Below, piece after piece: positions 1 through 12,283 of a DNA stretch of 64,000 nt (the first letter of the stretch is position 1; each line of letters begins with the position of its first letter). Made by a program: the position numbers and the translations under genes. Origin of the DNA: Macrostomum hystrix (lineage: Eukaryota; Animalia; Platyhelminthes); assembly GCA_950097015.1 (NCBI GenBank), contig CATNEN010000001.1, positions 24,924,001 to 24,988,000 of the forward strand, written 5' to 3'. Under the pieces are notes generated by a model. That model had not been told where the DNA came from. It saw nothing but the letters and a program-made list of their open reading frames with translations, and did not search any database.

Positions 1-272
1 AGTAGGTCAGGAAGTGTCAGTGGGTCAGGAAGTGTCAGTAGGTCAGGAAGTGTCAGTAGGTCAGGAAGTGTCAGTAGGCCAGAGTGTCAGTAGGTCAGGA
101 AGTATCAGTGGGTCAGGAAGTGTCAGTGGGTCAGGAAGTGTCAGTGGGTCAGGAAGTGTCAGTAGGTCAGGAAGTGTCAGTAGGTCAGGAAGTGTCAGTA
201 GGTCAGGAAGTGTCAGTAGGTCAGGAAGTGTCAGTAGGTCAGGAAGTGTCAGTAGGTCAGGAAGTGTCAGTA
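1..272. repeat. 18-bp tandem repeat (gtcaggaagtgtcagtag)n, about 15 visible copies, HLCS intron
   Basis: Directly visible; produces the spurious SVGQEV ORFs. Confidence 0.97.
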
Positions 273-319
273 GTTCAGCTTGAGTCGAGTAATAAAGCAG
301 TCAGGTGTTCCCCACTCAC

Positions 320-3300
320 CCAGTGATCACATCCCAGGAAGACTCCATCACAGGCGAGTACATCAGGCTGCCTCCGAGCACCTTGGCCTCCCTGTACTGG
401 CTGAATTGTCGCAGATCAAAGTCGTCACCGACTCGGAACTCCGCCGGTAGTGACGCGTAGTCCAGTGACACCAGCGGGATCGTCAGGCCACCGTCTGCGC
501 TGGTGGCAACGGAGGCGGCTTCTTGAGGTGGCGGGCGAACCAGAAGGTGTCGATTGGGCTGGTAGGCGATCAACTCGGAGTTGGCGCTGCCAGACACGGG
601 CAGAATTGAGTCCAGCGGCTGACAGAGAAATCCAAGTGAAGAAGGATGGCTGGGTCAATTAATGGGTCACTAATTGCTGGGTAAAGAATCGGGTAACATT
701 TCACTCTCACCTGGCCATCCAGTGATACAAAGTACACCGGCTGCAGCTTAGGCAACTGGCAGCTGCCAGGCTCAATGGTGCGAACACCCGCCAACTTCAG
801 GACGGACGACAGGGCCGACGATGAGCTGCCAGGACTGGCGTCAGAGCAGGGCTGAATGAGGAGATAGAGCACAGTTCAGGTAGGAGATAGAACACAGTTC
901 AGGTAGGAGATAGAACACAGTTCAGGTAGGAGATAGAACACAGTTCAGGTAGGAGATAGAACACAGTTCAGGGAGGAGATAGAACACAGTTCAGGGAGGA
1001 GATAGAACACAGTTCAGGGAGGAGATAGAACACAGTTCAGGTAGGAGATAGAACACAGTTCAGGGAGGAGATAGAACACAGTTCAGGTAGGAGATAGAAC
1101 ACAGTTCAGGGAGGAGATAGAACACAGTTCAGGTAGGAGATAGAACACAGTTCAGGGAGGAGATAGAACACAGTTCAGGTAGGAGATAGAACACAGTTCA
1201 GGGAGCAGATAGAACACAGTTCAGGGAGCAGATAGAACACAGTTCAGGGAGGAGATAGAACACAGTTCAGGGAGGAGATAGAACACAGTTCAGGGAGGAG
1301 ATAGAACACAGTTCAGGGAGGAGATAGAACACAGTTCAGGGAGGAGATAGAACACAGTTCAGGGAGGAGATAGAACACAGTTCAGGGAGGAGATAGAACA
1401 CAGTTCAGGGAGGAGATAGAACACAGTTCAGGGAGGAGATAGAACACAGTTTAACCAGGGACTCAAAAGTAAATTACAAACCAAAGTCAGAGGTAGCTGA
1501 CTGCTTAGGTGAGCCAACTGATATCTCTAATTTCTTCCCGGATCGATTGTATGTTTGTCCTCTGCTACTAGAGGCAGAACAGGGGTAAGAGAAAATTGGT
1601 TGAGCATGTGCTGAGCTGAGCAGCTGAACTCCACAGAGACTAGCCATTCAAATGCTCAGCGATTAATATTTCTAGCCAGCCAGGTGCCCCACTGCTCTAC
1701 TGAACTCAGTCCGCATAGATACAAGCTCACCTGGGATGGAGCGCCATCCCCTCCTACTGCTCAATAGCTAATGAAATCTGAGTCGAAAAAAGATGGGGAC
1801 AAGCAGACTGTCATTTTTTAGCTTAACTCAACTCCAAGCTAATAATCCCAGATAGGAAGCAGAAAGTAATGCAATGAATGCTTTAAAATAAAGTTTTTCA
1901 GACATGTATGGACAACTGCATGCTAGAATTATTACAGAAACTTGTGTGTCGACATAGGCATAGAGTGTGTTTAAATAGGGTTTCAGTGTAACGAAAATGG
2001 AATTCAGTGCGTTGAAATGGGAAATCTGGGAGTCGAAATAGATTTTTGGTGCGCAAAAACTCCATTAAGTGTGTCGAAATCGGATTCGAATGTGTCAAAT
2101 TGGGTTTGTAGTGTGTCGTAGTGGGATTAAGGGTGTAAAATGGGATAGTTACAATGCGTCAAAATAGGTCGAAAGTCGAAATGAACTTTAAGCGTGTCAA
2201 AATTTAAGCGGGATTCCAGCGACTCGATATGGGATATCAGTGTCAAATTGGGGTTTTTGGTGTGTCGAAATGGGATTTTAATGTGTTGAAGTGGGGAATT
2301 TAATGTGTCGAAATCGGATCCATAGTTCTAGATGTCGCAAAGACATGCCGAAAATCTCCCAGACTCACCCAAACCAGCAGGCAGACTTTCCCTTCGCTGT
2401 CTCCCAGCTGGTAGCCGGACCATTCGTCGCCAGCGCCGACTGCTACCGACGCCACTTCAACGCCCGGCAGTGCAGCCCCCAGACTGTCCTCGCCCAGCTC
2501 AGCCGGGTTGTCCACCAGGGCGATGAGGCAGCCTCCGGCCTCAGCAAGGAATCGCTTAGCCACCGTGGCAGCCTCCTGGCTCGTCAGCGGGCTCGGAAGG
2601 ACAAGAACCCGGCAGGCGGTGGTCCAGGCGGCGTCGCTGCGCAGAAGCTCCCGGCGATCGAGGCAGCGGACGATCGTGTCGAAGGGATCGGTCAGTGAGC
2701 GGAGGGCGGCTGTCAAGGAGCTGGCCGGCTCGACTGCGTCTCCTTCGGGGTCCGTCAGGATGGCCAAGTTCGGCGGCTTCGCCTGACTGCCAGACGAGGG
2801 CGGGTTGCCAACGCTCGGATTCTGCCTGCCACCAGATAGCTGGCTGGATTGCTGTGAGGTGGCGATTGGGGATTTCTCAAGATATAGAAGAATCCTTATA
2901 TCCCAACTAGAAGACTATCCAAATCCCATCAAAAAGAATCCCCTATCCCATCTACAAGAATCCCCTATCCCATCAACAAGAATCCCCTATCCCATCAATA
3001 AGAATCCCCTATCCCATCTACAAGAATCCCCTATCCCATCTACAAGAATCCCCTATCCCATCAACAAGAATCCCCTATCCCATCAACAAGAATCCCCTAT
3101 CCCATCAATAAGAATCCCCTATCCCATCTACAAGAATCCCCTATCCCATCAACAAGAATCCCCTATCCCATCTACAAGAATCCCCTATCCCATCTAAAAG
3201 AATCCCCTATCCCATCAACAAGAATCCCCTATCCCATCAACAAGAATCCCCTATCCCATCTAAAAGAATCCCCTATCCCATCAACAAGAATCCCCTATCC

Positions 3301-6300
3301 CATCTACAAGAATCCCTTATCCCATCAACAAGAATCCCCTATCCCATCTAAAAGAATCCCTTATCCCATCAACAAGAATCCCCTATCCCATCTACAAGAA
3401 TCCCCTATCCCATCAACAAGAATCCCCTATCCCATCTACAAGAATCCCCTATCCCATCTAAAAGAATCCCCTATCCCATCAACAAGAATCCCCTATCCCA
3501 TCAACAAGAATCCCCTATCCCATCTAAAAGAATCCCCTATCCCATCAACAAGAATCCCCTATCCCATCTACAAGAATCCCCTATCCCATCTACAAGAATC
3601 CCCTATCCCATCAATAAGAATCCCCTATCCCATCAACAAGAATCCCCTATCCCATCAATAAGAATCCCCTATCCCATCAACAAGAATCCCCTATCCCATC
3701 TAAAAGAATCCCCTATCCCATCAACAAGAATCCCCTATCCCATCAATAAGAATCCCCTATCCCATCAACAAGAATCCCCTATCCCATCTACAAGAATCCC
3801 CTATCCCATCAATAAGAATCCCCTATCCCATCAACAAGAATCCCCTATCCCATCTAAAAGAATCCCCTATCCCATCAACAAGAATCCCCTATCCCATCTA
3901 CAAGAATCCCCTATCCCATCTACAAGAATCCCCTATCCCATCAATAAGAATCCCCTATCCCATCTACAAGAATCCCCTATCCCATCTACAAGAATCCCCT
4001 ATCCCATCTACAAGAATCCCCTATCCCATCTACAGTAATCCCCTATCCCATCAATAAGAATCCCCTATCCCATCAATAAGAATCCCCTATCCCATCTACA
4101 AGAATCCCCTATCCCATCAACAGTAATCCCCTATCCCATCAATAAGAATCCCCTATCCCATCAATAAGAATCCCCTATCCCATCTACAAGAATCCCCTAT
4201 CCCATCAACAGTAATCCCCTATCCCATCAACAAGAATCCCCTATCCCATCTACAAGAATCCCCTATCCCATCAATAAGAATCCCCTATCCCATCTACAAG
4301 AATCCCCTATCCCATCAACAGTAATCCCCTATCCCATCAATAAGAATCCCCTATCCCATCAATAAGAATCCCCTATCCCATCTACAAGAATCCCCTATCC
4401 CATCAACAGTAATCCCCTATCCCATCAACAAGAATCCCCTATCCCATCTACAAGAATCCCCTATCCCATCAACAAGAATCCCCTATCCCATCAACAAGAA
4501 TCCCCTATCCCATCTACAAGAATCCCTAATAATAATAATAATTTCAGGAGGGCAGTAGGCAATGGAACATCATTTGGTGACACTAGACCCGCAGCCAGCG
4601 ACAAGGTAATTCTGCCCATTTCGCTGACTCCTGAGCACATACGCACACAGATACCCTATGCAGGCACACGCTCACACAGGTGTGTACATCTTCCCTGACT
4701 TTCTCATCGTCAGGTAGTGTAAACTTTCAATGTGCCTTGGAGGTTGGCCCTCAAGGGCGTAATTTTCACGACAAGACGCCAAGCCTTCTCTCGGCGGCTG
4801 CGCCCCAATTTAATGTGGCCTCGCCGCTGAATTGAGCTCAGGAACCAGGAGTGCGAGAGGCAAACGTGATAACCGCTCTGCAACCGACCCCCCCTGAAAA
4901 ATCTCTAAATCACATCTGCAAGAATCTCTCCGGTCATCATCCCGATCCCATCTGCCACTCACTGAGTCGGTTCGACGCAGAAGCGAAGATGCTGACGCCA
5001 GGAGGTCCTCCACGCTGCCGCTGCTGCCACCACCGCCGGCTCCAATCTCGCTGATGTCCTGCAGCAGGCGGCACCGGGCACGACTGCCGCCAACCAGCCG
5101 ACGAACCGGAACGGCTGGCTCGCTGCAGCGCCTGTCGCGGAAATCTCTCAGCTCCCGCTGCTGAAGGTCGCCCCTGAATCCAAAGCCGCCCTCGGTTGCT
5201 GTTGAACTGGTCGGCGAAGAAGGCTCACTCACTGTGCCGCCAATCAGGTTCATTGGCAGACCCTCCAGCGTCACCAGCAGCAGTAGATTGAACTTCAACG
5301 GATCGTCAGCCACCAGACGGTTGGTGAGGAAGGCGTCAAACACCTGGCGCAGCTCCAGCTCGGTGCAGGTGACCAGAAATGCGAACACGGGCCCGGCTCG
5401 CCAGGCCAGCCGGCGGCTGTGCCGCTCCAGCTTGCACAATCCGCCAGATGATTCCAGAGCGTTTTGCGACGAAGGCAAAGCTGGCGCGGCTGTCGAAGCG
5501 GCGGCGGCGGCGGCTGCATAGTGCTGCTCCCAATACTCCTGCGAGTCAGTGGACTCGGCTTCAATCAGCAGCGGATGACGACCGCGCAGACACTGCGTCA
5601 GATCCGACGGAGTGTCGATGAAGGACGTGAAGCTTGCCAGGTTCACAACGGGCTGACGAGTGATGGGGCGGAGAAAGACAAATTTCATTGTTATATATGA
5701 CATTTTTGCCAAGATATACACCCTGTGTGCTTAACAGCAGAAAGAGCAGGCTATTTTTCCCCTGGGGAAACACAACAGGGGGGCATTTCAAATACCCACT
5801 GCCGACTTCACCATAGCTCCCAAACCGAATTTTCATTAAAGTTCACCCTTTAGATCAACAGAATATCTAGACGATGCCGACGTTTTGTGATTCTGGAAGT
5901 TGTTTTATCGGAACAGAGCGGAAAATTTTAGCCCATCTATCGGATTTTTATGATACAGAGATACAGAAAAAAGATAAATTTGGGTATTTGAAATGGTGTT
6001 TCTACTGTCAACCGTGTGCGCTCAGAAGTCAGTGGAATGGCTAGTTACTATTGGCTAATAGGTGCCCAGCCTCACCGTGGGAAACACGCTGGCCACCTCG
6101 AAGTCGCCAAGCGCGGTGACAATCTCCTCGCGCCAGGCCAGTGACGGGTTCACGCAGGGAGAGATCTGCAGCGTCGAGGAGGCGCCAGCGGCCGCCTGGC
6201 GGGCTGCCATGGCGGAGCGAAGCCTCGCGCAGATGGACTGGCCGCTGGAGACGCCTCTGCCGCTGGCCGTGGCCCCGGTGACGCCAGAGCCGCCGGCGAC

Positions 6301-6432
6301 AGCCACAGAGGATGTTGAAGAAGCTGACGAAGAAGCTACGGACTTGTTGAGGGCGCGCACGAAACTGCGACGAGCCAGGAGGTCTTTGACAGCTTCGCTA
6401 ACAGCCAGAGCTGCGGCGCCTAGAGTCAGCAT
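320..6432 (-). CDS. HLCS: Holocarboxylase synthetase / biotin-protein ligase, 5' portion (gene continues beyond the window's left edge). Exons 6432-6076, 5652-4963, 2782-2369, 851-711, 618-320
   Basis: GT-AG junctions join in consistent phase. Translations recall HLCS segments: KPPNLAIL...LLRSDAAWTTACRVLVL...RFLAEAGGCLIAL, then LSSVLKLAGV...LPKLQPVYFVS, then FDLRQFSQYREAKVLGGSLMYSPVMESSWDVI (start of the BPL catalytic domain). The start MLTL resembles the long N-terminal invertebrate forms. Confidence 0.8.
860..1451. repeat. 23-bp tandem repeat (ggagatagaacacagttcaggta/ggga)n, about 25 copies, running up to an HLCS splice acceptor
   Basis: Directly visible. Confidence 0.97.
2933..4527. repeat. 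22-bp tandem repeat (aagaatcccctatcccatc-aac/tac/aat/taa)n, about 70 copies, HLCS intron
   Basis: Directly visible; G-rich on the transcribed strand. Confidence 0.97.
4528..4892 (-). mobile_element. tRNA-derived SINE family 1, near full-length copy
   Basis: Reverse complement of the element at 14701-15043, with the (TTA)n tail at 4528-4542. Confidence 0.8.
5860..5950. mobile_element. Terminal fragment of the inverted-repeat (MITE-like) family also at 18795, 36655 and 59225
   Basis: gaatatctagacgatgccga...cagagcggaaaattttagccca matches 59520-59600. Confidence 0.55.
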
Positions 6433-8506
6433 GATCTTGGACTTGCTTGGAGAGAGCACCAGAAGCTGCTTAGGGCTGCAATAAGTTTTAGAGATTTGAA
6501 AGCTGCACAATGTCTAGATACCCTGGCTCGCGACTAAGGTTAAAGCAACTTACACTTTCCACCTGTGGCTTGATGAGAATCCTGAATATGAACTTTCAAT
6601 AAATGAATTTTGTATGCAATTACCAATACTGGATTGTATGGACAATATAAGTTATTGCTATTGCATAATATTGATAGCCTTTCAAAAGTAGGTTATAGAG
6701 ATTATATATTGTATATATATATATATATAGATAGATATATATATATATTTTTATATATCTTTAGGTTTAAAAGCTTTAAAACAAATGTTCTAAAACACTA
6801 AATGATTTACAAACAAAAAAACTAAATTGAAAAAATCCTTTTAAACTGAAGCAGGCAGCTAGCTACATAAAGGATAGCAAACATTTAACTTATTAAAAAA
6901 GACAAGCCTTTGAATATATAGTCATAATGCCATTGTATAATGTATACTTTTGTCACTAAGCATAACATTTGCATTTTCCTAGACAATGAGAGTGATATTT
7001 TATTCAATTTAGTGTCTGTTGACCTAATGTTTTTTGCAGATAATACTTTACTTAATTGTATTTTCTCGGCAATCCAGAGAAAAAGGTTGCAAAAAGCCTA
7101 GAAAAAAAACTAGGTTTCTGGTAAGATATTTGTAGTGTGGAAAATTTCAATTTTCTGCTTTACTTTTATTTTAGATAACGGCATTATATTTACATATAAT
7201 GTAAATATATTTACATATTTACATTTACATTCAGGAACAAAATGTTAAATAATTAATTAAAAAAGGACTACGAGAAATGTATTTCTAAAATACTAGCTGG
7301 TTGCGAATTTACTGAGCAAATGTGCAGTTTAGTCAAGCAGTATATTATGACATACTATATATGACGCAACGGTTTAAGTGAGAACTAACCACCTTTAAAT
7401 GTTGTGCGCGCATTCTTATGGACACTGGTATTTTAAATGTTGTTGTGTGTACTTGCGTCATTGACAAGCATTATATTATATTAAATACATACAAATTTGT
7501 ATTTAATTAAACTTCTTGTTATATTCATTACTCTTGTTTGACAGCAGCAACCGTTCTTTTTATTTTAAAGTAAACATTTCGTTATAAGATGTATTTCTGC
7601 ACCGACTTACATATACCGGAACACAATCTTGTCTCGCTTTGGTGCAGGCTACTGTTAGCTGCTTTCTTACTACGCAGCCATATGACTTATCAAACTTCTA
7701 ATAATTTAGTCTAGCTTAATATTTTAGAAAACCGATCAGCGGCTGCTTTCGCTTTTGCTTCCTTTGGCGCCATGGGTGCATGGCGGCAACACTGCTTAAA
7801 AATTCCGGCAGCAGAAACAGGGGTGGATATGGCACCCAATGCACTCCTCTTATTGGGTTTGAAAAACATGTCCATGCTGCCTTAGCAGGGTCTTATATAA
7901 GACTCAACCGCTGCATAGTTAGGTGCTCGATTGCTCGCTTAGTTGAGTATGAGCAACTGCATCTATGGTTCAAATTCAATTAAATTTTGAACAACTCGAG
8001 GTTAACCTTGCTGAGGGAAATAAGCAAACAAATCAGCGGTAGACCACGTGACAAGTGGGTGATTCTAATCGCCGGAAATGCCTGCTCAGAGCTAATAAAA
8101 ATACGGGAAACTAATGCGGGAAATTCTCGATACCGCAAGGCTTGACGTCGTAAATGATCAATGGAAGCTGTTGCTTAATTTAATCGATTTTGATTTGCTC
8201 GATTAATTGCTTATGATAGTAACAATCCTTATTTTCAGCATGATCCCTCGTAGGCTCTACTTGGCACGAAATTACGGTACGCTTTATTAAGTAAATACTT
8301 TTAAACACGAATAATAATGTCTCAGTCGCACTTCCTCCCTCTCTGATTTTACAAAAGCGCTTCGCGCACCCGCATCTCGAAGTGGAATTTGATTGCGACA
8401 TTATTTACTTGTTCAGGTCTGTAGCGAGATCCCAAAACCAAGATCCGAACTCATGACTTCTCGGTTACAAATCCGGAGCTCTAGTAGCATCTATATCAAT
8501 AGATAG

Positions 8507-9871
8507 CTAAAACAGCATCGATAAAAAGCCACTTATTACAATGACAGCTCCTCCGAGAATAAAGAACAGTGTTATGAGCACAGCTCGACTGGGTGCACTG
8601 GCATCTCCTCTTGCGTCATCAGCTCTCGCCAGCAGGCTTGGCACAGCGTGCAGGTAGACAACGAAGAGAAAGGCACCGGCATTGAGTGAAAGGACGGCAG
8701 CCCTGGCCAGTCGAAGCCAGCCCGGCCACCCCTGCGCCGAAGGCGTTGCGAGCCCGAATGCGATGCCTAGCGGCTCGGCCAACGAGACGGCCAGGCCTTG
8801 AGCAACAAGGACAGCTCTGTTTGAGCAGCGGCTAGTAGCTGAGGTCGCAGCTGTCCCGGACGCTTCGATGGTGGCGTAGGTGATGGCAAAGTGCACCCCG
8901 GCGCTGCCAGCTCGGATCATCTCGTGCAGCGGGAGCGTCAGCAAGCGTCCTCCCAGCTGAGCGGTGGACAGGGCCCAGTTTGCGCCCAGGTGCCAGCCGC
9001 TGAGGCCGGCATGAACGCACAGGCAGCAGCACAGCACGCCGGAGAGGAAACTTAGTCGGCGACTGTCCGGACGAGTCCTGCTTCTGCGGACCAAACTGAC
9101 CTGGCTGTCGTGCAGTCGGCTTCGATTGTCATCTTGCTGGGCACTATCAGGGCTCAGGTTGACGGCCGGCTGGTTCAACTGAACCTCGTCCAGAAAGTCC
9201 TCGATTTCGTCTTGTTCGACATGCCTGCAGCCGCTGCTGCTTGAACTGTTTGTGCCATACCGACAGATGCCGTCGCGGCTGGACGATGGCACGGCTCCTG
9301 ACTGAGCGCCGCTGCTTCCGCAGTCGCCGTCGGCAATGTCATCATCGTCGCCAGCTGGGGTGCTATCGGCAGCGACAATCGGCAGCCGCTCGACCTCGGA
9401 TCCGTCGGCGGCCCAGTCTACGCGGAGGCGGCTGCGGCTGCTCGATGCCGCACTGCCGGCGACGCTGGAGCTCAGGTCGAACACAGCGAGGGTGCTGACG
9501 CTCTCTTCCGGGAGCGAACTGCTGGCTCCTTTGAACAGCAGCTGGTCCAAGCTCAAAGACGCGATAAACCCGCAAAGCAGGAGGAAGCTGGAAGCTGAGA
9601 AGTTGCTCAGCAGCTCATGCAGACGGGTTTTCCCCTGAGCCACAGCGCCTTCAAACTCTTCGCTGCCAGTCTGGAACAGATCCAGCAGGCTGGCTGAGCA
9701 CAGAGCTCCAGCTGCCAGGCCGCAGGCGGCGATCATCAAGGGACGAGGACGCTGCAGCAGATGACAGCCGAGCCAACGGATGGGCAAAAGGTAGGCCGCG
9801 GTGAACTCAACGGCTGCAATGATGGGAATCAGGAGAAGCTTCAATGCCAGCTGCTGACCAAATAGGCTCAT
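8507..9871 (-). CDS. ZIP (SLC39, subfamily II / ZIP1-3-like) metal transporter, intronless, 454 aa
   Basis: 3+5 hydrophobic-segment layout with a long TM3-TM4 loop. Motifs LLPI (TM1), GF...LDQLL (TM3), CVHAGLSGWHLG (TM4), LHE (TM5), PLGIAFG (TM6), AGAFLFV (TM7). Confidence 0.8.
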   Translation of the reverse strand: MSLFGQQLALKLLLIPIIAAVEFTAAYLLPIRWLGCHLLQRPRPLMIAACGLAAGALCSASLLDLFQTGSEEFEGAVAQGKTRLHELLSNFSASSFLLLCGFIASLSLDQLLFKGASSSLPEESVSTLAVFDLSSSVAGSAASSSRSRLRVDWAADGSEVERLPIVAADSTPAGDDDDIADGDCGSSGAQSGAVPSSSRDGICRYGTNSSSSSGCRHVEQDEIEDFLDEVQLNQPAVNLSPDSAQQDDNRSRLHDSQVSLVRRSRTRPDSRRLSFLSGVLCCCLCVHAGLSGWHLGANWALSTAQLGGRLLTLPLHEMIRAGSAGVHFAITYATIEASGTAATSATSRCSNRAVLVAQGLAVSLAEPLGIAFGLATPSAQGWPGWLRLARAAVLSLNAGAFLFVVYLHAVPSLLARADDARGDASAPSRAVLITLFFILGGAVIVISGFLSMLF

Positions 9872-10714
9872 TTTGACATGAGCGACCCTGCAGTTTAAGC
9901 GGTCGGTGCAATGGGTCTCTGCTGTACTCGCACAGGACTCTGCAAACTGCTATTAGAATAGACGCTGGAATAGCCGGTAATTGCATACATCCGGGACAAG
10001 CCAGGAAGGCGGCTTAATTGTGCATCCGCTAAAACCAACGATTGCTGTTGTTCGACGTTTTTTCATGCGAATGTATGCTGCAGAAGACCCGAAGCAATGC
10101 CGTTTAACTATGCTTGGGCGAAACTGCCTAAACAGACATAGTATTTTTGTTATAGTCTATACATTCCGATATATTGCCCACCCTTGAGACGTGGCACTTG
10201 TGGATTGGAGAAAATTGCTAAGCTAGCTCGTACTTATGTACTCTATACTTAAGATAAACAAAAACTGTGACGCTGGGTGCAACATTTTCTCTGCTTTTAT
10301 TTCCCGGCTTGCATTCTGTGTGACAAAGTTCGTAATCTGAGTTGAGCGTTCTTTCGGTGCGAATCCCAGTTTTTCCTCTGCTAGTTTCGTCCCTGCCACG
10401 CTATAGTGTTTTCGCTTTCTTTCTTACGCACCAGTGTTTTCCTCTCTCTCCCTGTCTTTCTCTGTTCATCGTGATTGGTCGTGTCTAATTATCATTATCT
10501 CTCTGCGCGTTTCCAAACCACGCGATTGGTCGTTGGACAAGTTAGGTACCTACGTGTACTGCAGTTTTACAGTTAAGTGAAAGGAAGCTAAGAGTATTAG
10601 TGAAGTAACATTTATTTGCTTATTAGCTGTTTATTAGCAGCAGAATAAAACCATTCTTAGTTGCTTCTTGTTGATTCGCCTCAATTGGTTTTCTTGCTCA
10701 ATTAGACCGGACTC

Positions 10715-11812
10715 TCAGGTAGAGCAGTATCTATCTAGCTCTATCATCTCGCCCTTAGACAGTGCGCTATTGGCGATCGCATAGCAGACAAACAGGCCCT
10801 TCAAACTCAGGCTACGATTCGTGTGAAAGCCGAGCCTGAGACACTGAGGCCACAGAACGGTGCTGGATTTGTTTGAAACACTCGCTGCCGCTGAATTCAG
10901 CAAGGCCCCGTTGGCGAACAGATTTTCCAGGTTGATTCCGGAAAATGCAGCACCGGCTGACACCACCTCCGTGCTGGAGTTTTCCACGTTGAGGGCTGCC
11001 GCTTCAGATCGGTGAGCAAACGTGGCTGTGCCGTTGATAAGGAACGTATGCTGAACCTCAATACGACCGGAAAAATCGCCAAACAGGCCGTCATTAGTGA
11101 CAGGGGACGAGCACTTATAGAAATAGTGATAGGTCTGACCGGCTGCTCCGGAACGGTGCACTTTAGCGAAGAATGTAAAATTGTTGCCGACGCCGAGGTA
11201 CTGGGAGAAAAGGGCTCCCTTTTCTGTGTCGATCTCTATAAAGGGGATTTCATAAGGACTTGGCATCAGATGAACTCCCTGACTGTCTCGCAGGAGGTCG
11301 CCTTCAGGCTTGGCTGAGAAATTTCCTGGGCCAATGCAGTTGTTGTAGCCTCGCCTGAAGTCAAGCAGGAGAACCAACTTCGAGAGTAAACTTAAAGTCA
11401 GACCGTAGCCGCATGGAAGGGGTGTCGGTTCTGTTGTGGATGGCTTTTTGAGTAATTCCACAAACGGCGTTGCTGAAGGCGCAGAGCGGCTGACTTGGTC
11501 CTTGAAGAAGCTGACGCATCCGGTGCCGCTCAGCTGATCCCACAAGGAGTCCCGTTGCTCAGCGTCGCCATGGTAACAGCGCGAATCGACGGAGACAAAG
11601 AGTGCCGCGCAGCTATCGTAGCTGCTGCAAGCGGCGGCGCAGTCAGGAAGGTCTCTCGCGGCAGTGACGTCATTCAGCTGAGCGAGGCTGGCATTCGACG
11701 GGCACCTGGCCAGTGTGCGCAGCAGTGACGTCCTCTGAGCGGCGGTCCGCGAAGCACCCGACTGTAACACAGCCACCAGCAGTAATGCTCTAGCTAGCCA
11801 AAATGCACGCAT
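10715..11812 (-). CDS. Secreted protein with an N-terminal PAN/apple-like domain and a C-terminal LamG/concanavalin-like domain, intronless, 365 aa
   Basis: Signal peptide MRAFWLARALLLVAVLQSG. PAN cysteine pattern CAAACSSYDSCAALF...CY. Pro/Thr linker. beta-rich C-terminal region with NFTFFAKV, LRLG...LKGLFVCYAIANSALSKGEM, like the end of LamG/pentraxin domains. Confidence 0.7.
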   Translation of the reverse strand: MRAFWLARALLLVAVLQSGASRTAAQRTSLLRTLARCPSNASLAQLNDVTAARDLPDCAAACSSYDSCAALFVSVDSRCYHGDAEQRDSLWDQLSGTGCVSFFKDQVSRSAPSATPFVELLKKPSTTEPTPLPCGYGLTLSLLSKLVLLLDFRRGYNNCIGPGNFSAKPEGDLLRDSQGVHLMPSPYEIPFIEIDTEKGALFSQYLGVGNNFTFFAKVHRSGAAGQTYHYFYKCSSPVTNDGLFGDFSGRIEVQHTFLINGTATFAHRSEAAALNVENSSTEVVSAGAAFSGINLENLFANGALLNSAAASVSNKSSTVLWPQCLRLGFHTNRSLSLKGLFVCYAIANSALSKGEMIELDRYCST

Positions 11813-12283
11813 CGTGCTGTTAAATTAAACCTGCAGGAAAATATTTTCGATGCAGCGATACCTCGGGTGCCATTTATAAGCGGTTCGTTCCACTTCAGCT
11901 TTTTAGCTCCTTGATGCTTTGAAAGCCGCAGTTCACAAAAAACTGACGGCACTTTGAGTGGCCATTAGAAATATTCTCAAGTTTAGGATTGTTCAAATGT
12001 CTTTTGTCTTTCTGTTTGGGATTGAATTCCGCACTGTCAAGTAAAGTGACGTTGAGAGCTTTCCTTCTTGAGAGGTCCTTGATGGGAACAATGACAATGT
12101 ATAAGGATAATCACTTTTCTTTTGGTGAAAAAAACCTTTATTCAAAGACGGCTTCTGTGTCATCGAGTTTTGTTGAGGACTGGTAAAATTTCTGCGTAGG
12201 TTAAAAACACTTCCCATTGTTACAGTTCACACATCCAATGAAACAATCATCCACAATTTTTGCGTTCGTTTTTTTGTTTTCTT

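Noticed and set aside
2933-4527. Regular short repeats could be mistaken for a CRISPR array
   Set aside because: Units are head-to-tail with no unique spacers, there are no cas genes, and the context is a eukaryotic intron. The same applies to all other arrays here.
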